64,000 nucleotides of DNA from Octopus sinensis (Eukaryota): positions 32,488,001 through 32,552,000 of the forward strand of contig NC_043004.1 of the NCBI RefSeq assembly GCF_006345805.1, read 5' to 3'. Made by a program: the position numbers and the translations under genes. This document shows, in pieces, positions 63,961-64,000 of the stretch. Numbering within the stretch: position 1 is the first letter of the stretch; the number at the start of each line of letters is the position of its first letter. Under the pieces are notes generated by a model. The model searched no databases, was not told where the DNA came from, and saw only the letters and a program-made list of their open reading frames with translations.

Positions 63961-64000
63961 CATTTGATTTTCATTTTGATGTTGGTGTTAATGTACTTGA

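Overview
Eukaryotic, AT-rich, repeat-saturated genomic DNA. The SINE/LINE/MITE families and microsatellite load point to a coleoid cephalopod, probably Octopus (inference from recalled repeat families, not a database search). One confident protein-coding gene: an intronless 589-aa BTB-BACK-Kelch (KLHL21/KLHL24-like) CDS at 34704-36473 (+), with a likely 5'-UTR intron, a motif-dense upstream region and a ~35-nt degenerate tandem array in its 3' UTR. The rest is mostly transposon debris: a stack of R4/Dong-clade retroelements in a (TAA)n array (14.2-18.3 kb), RTE and CR1/L2-type LINE fragments, mariner/hAT/piggyBac-like MITEs, a Helitron, a Penelope-type terminal repeat with a hammerhead ribozyme motif, and several tRNA-derived SINE families (labelled A-D here; labels are mine) that swap modules. 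There are weak hints of a second + strand gene (candidate promoter ~42.45 kb, candidate exons 47469-47534 and 60830-60885). Most ORFs in the supplied track are microsatellite or antisense-TE artefacts. No rRNA, true tRNA or CRISPR array was seen. TE boundaries are approximate unless TIRs or TSDs are given.
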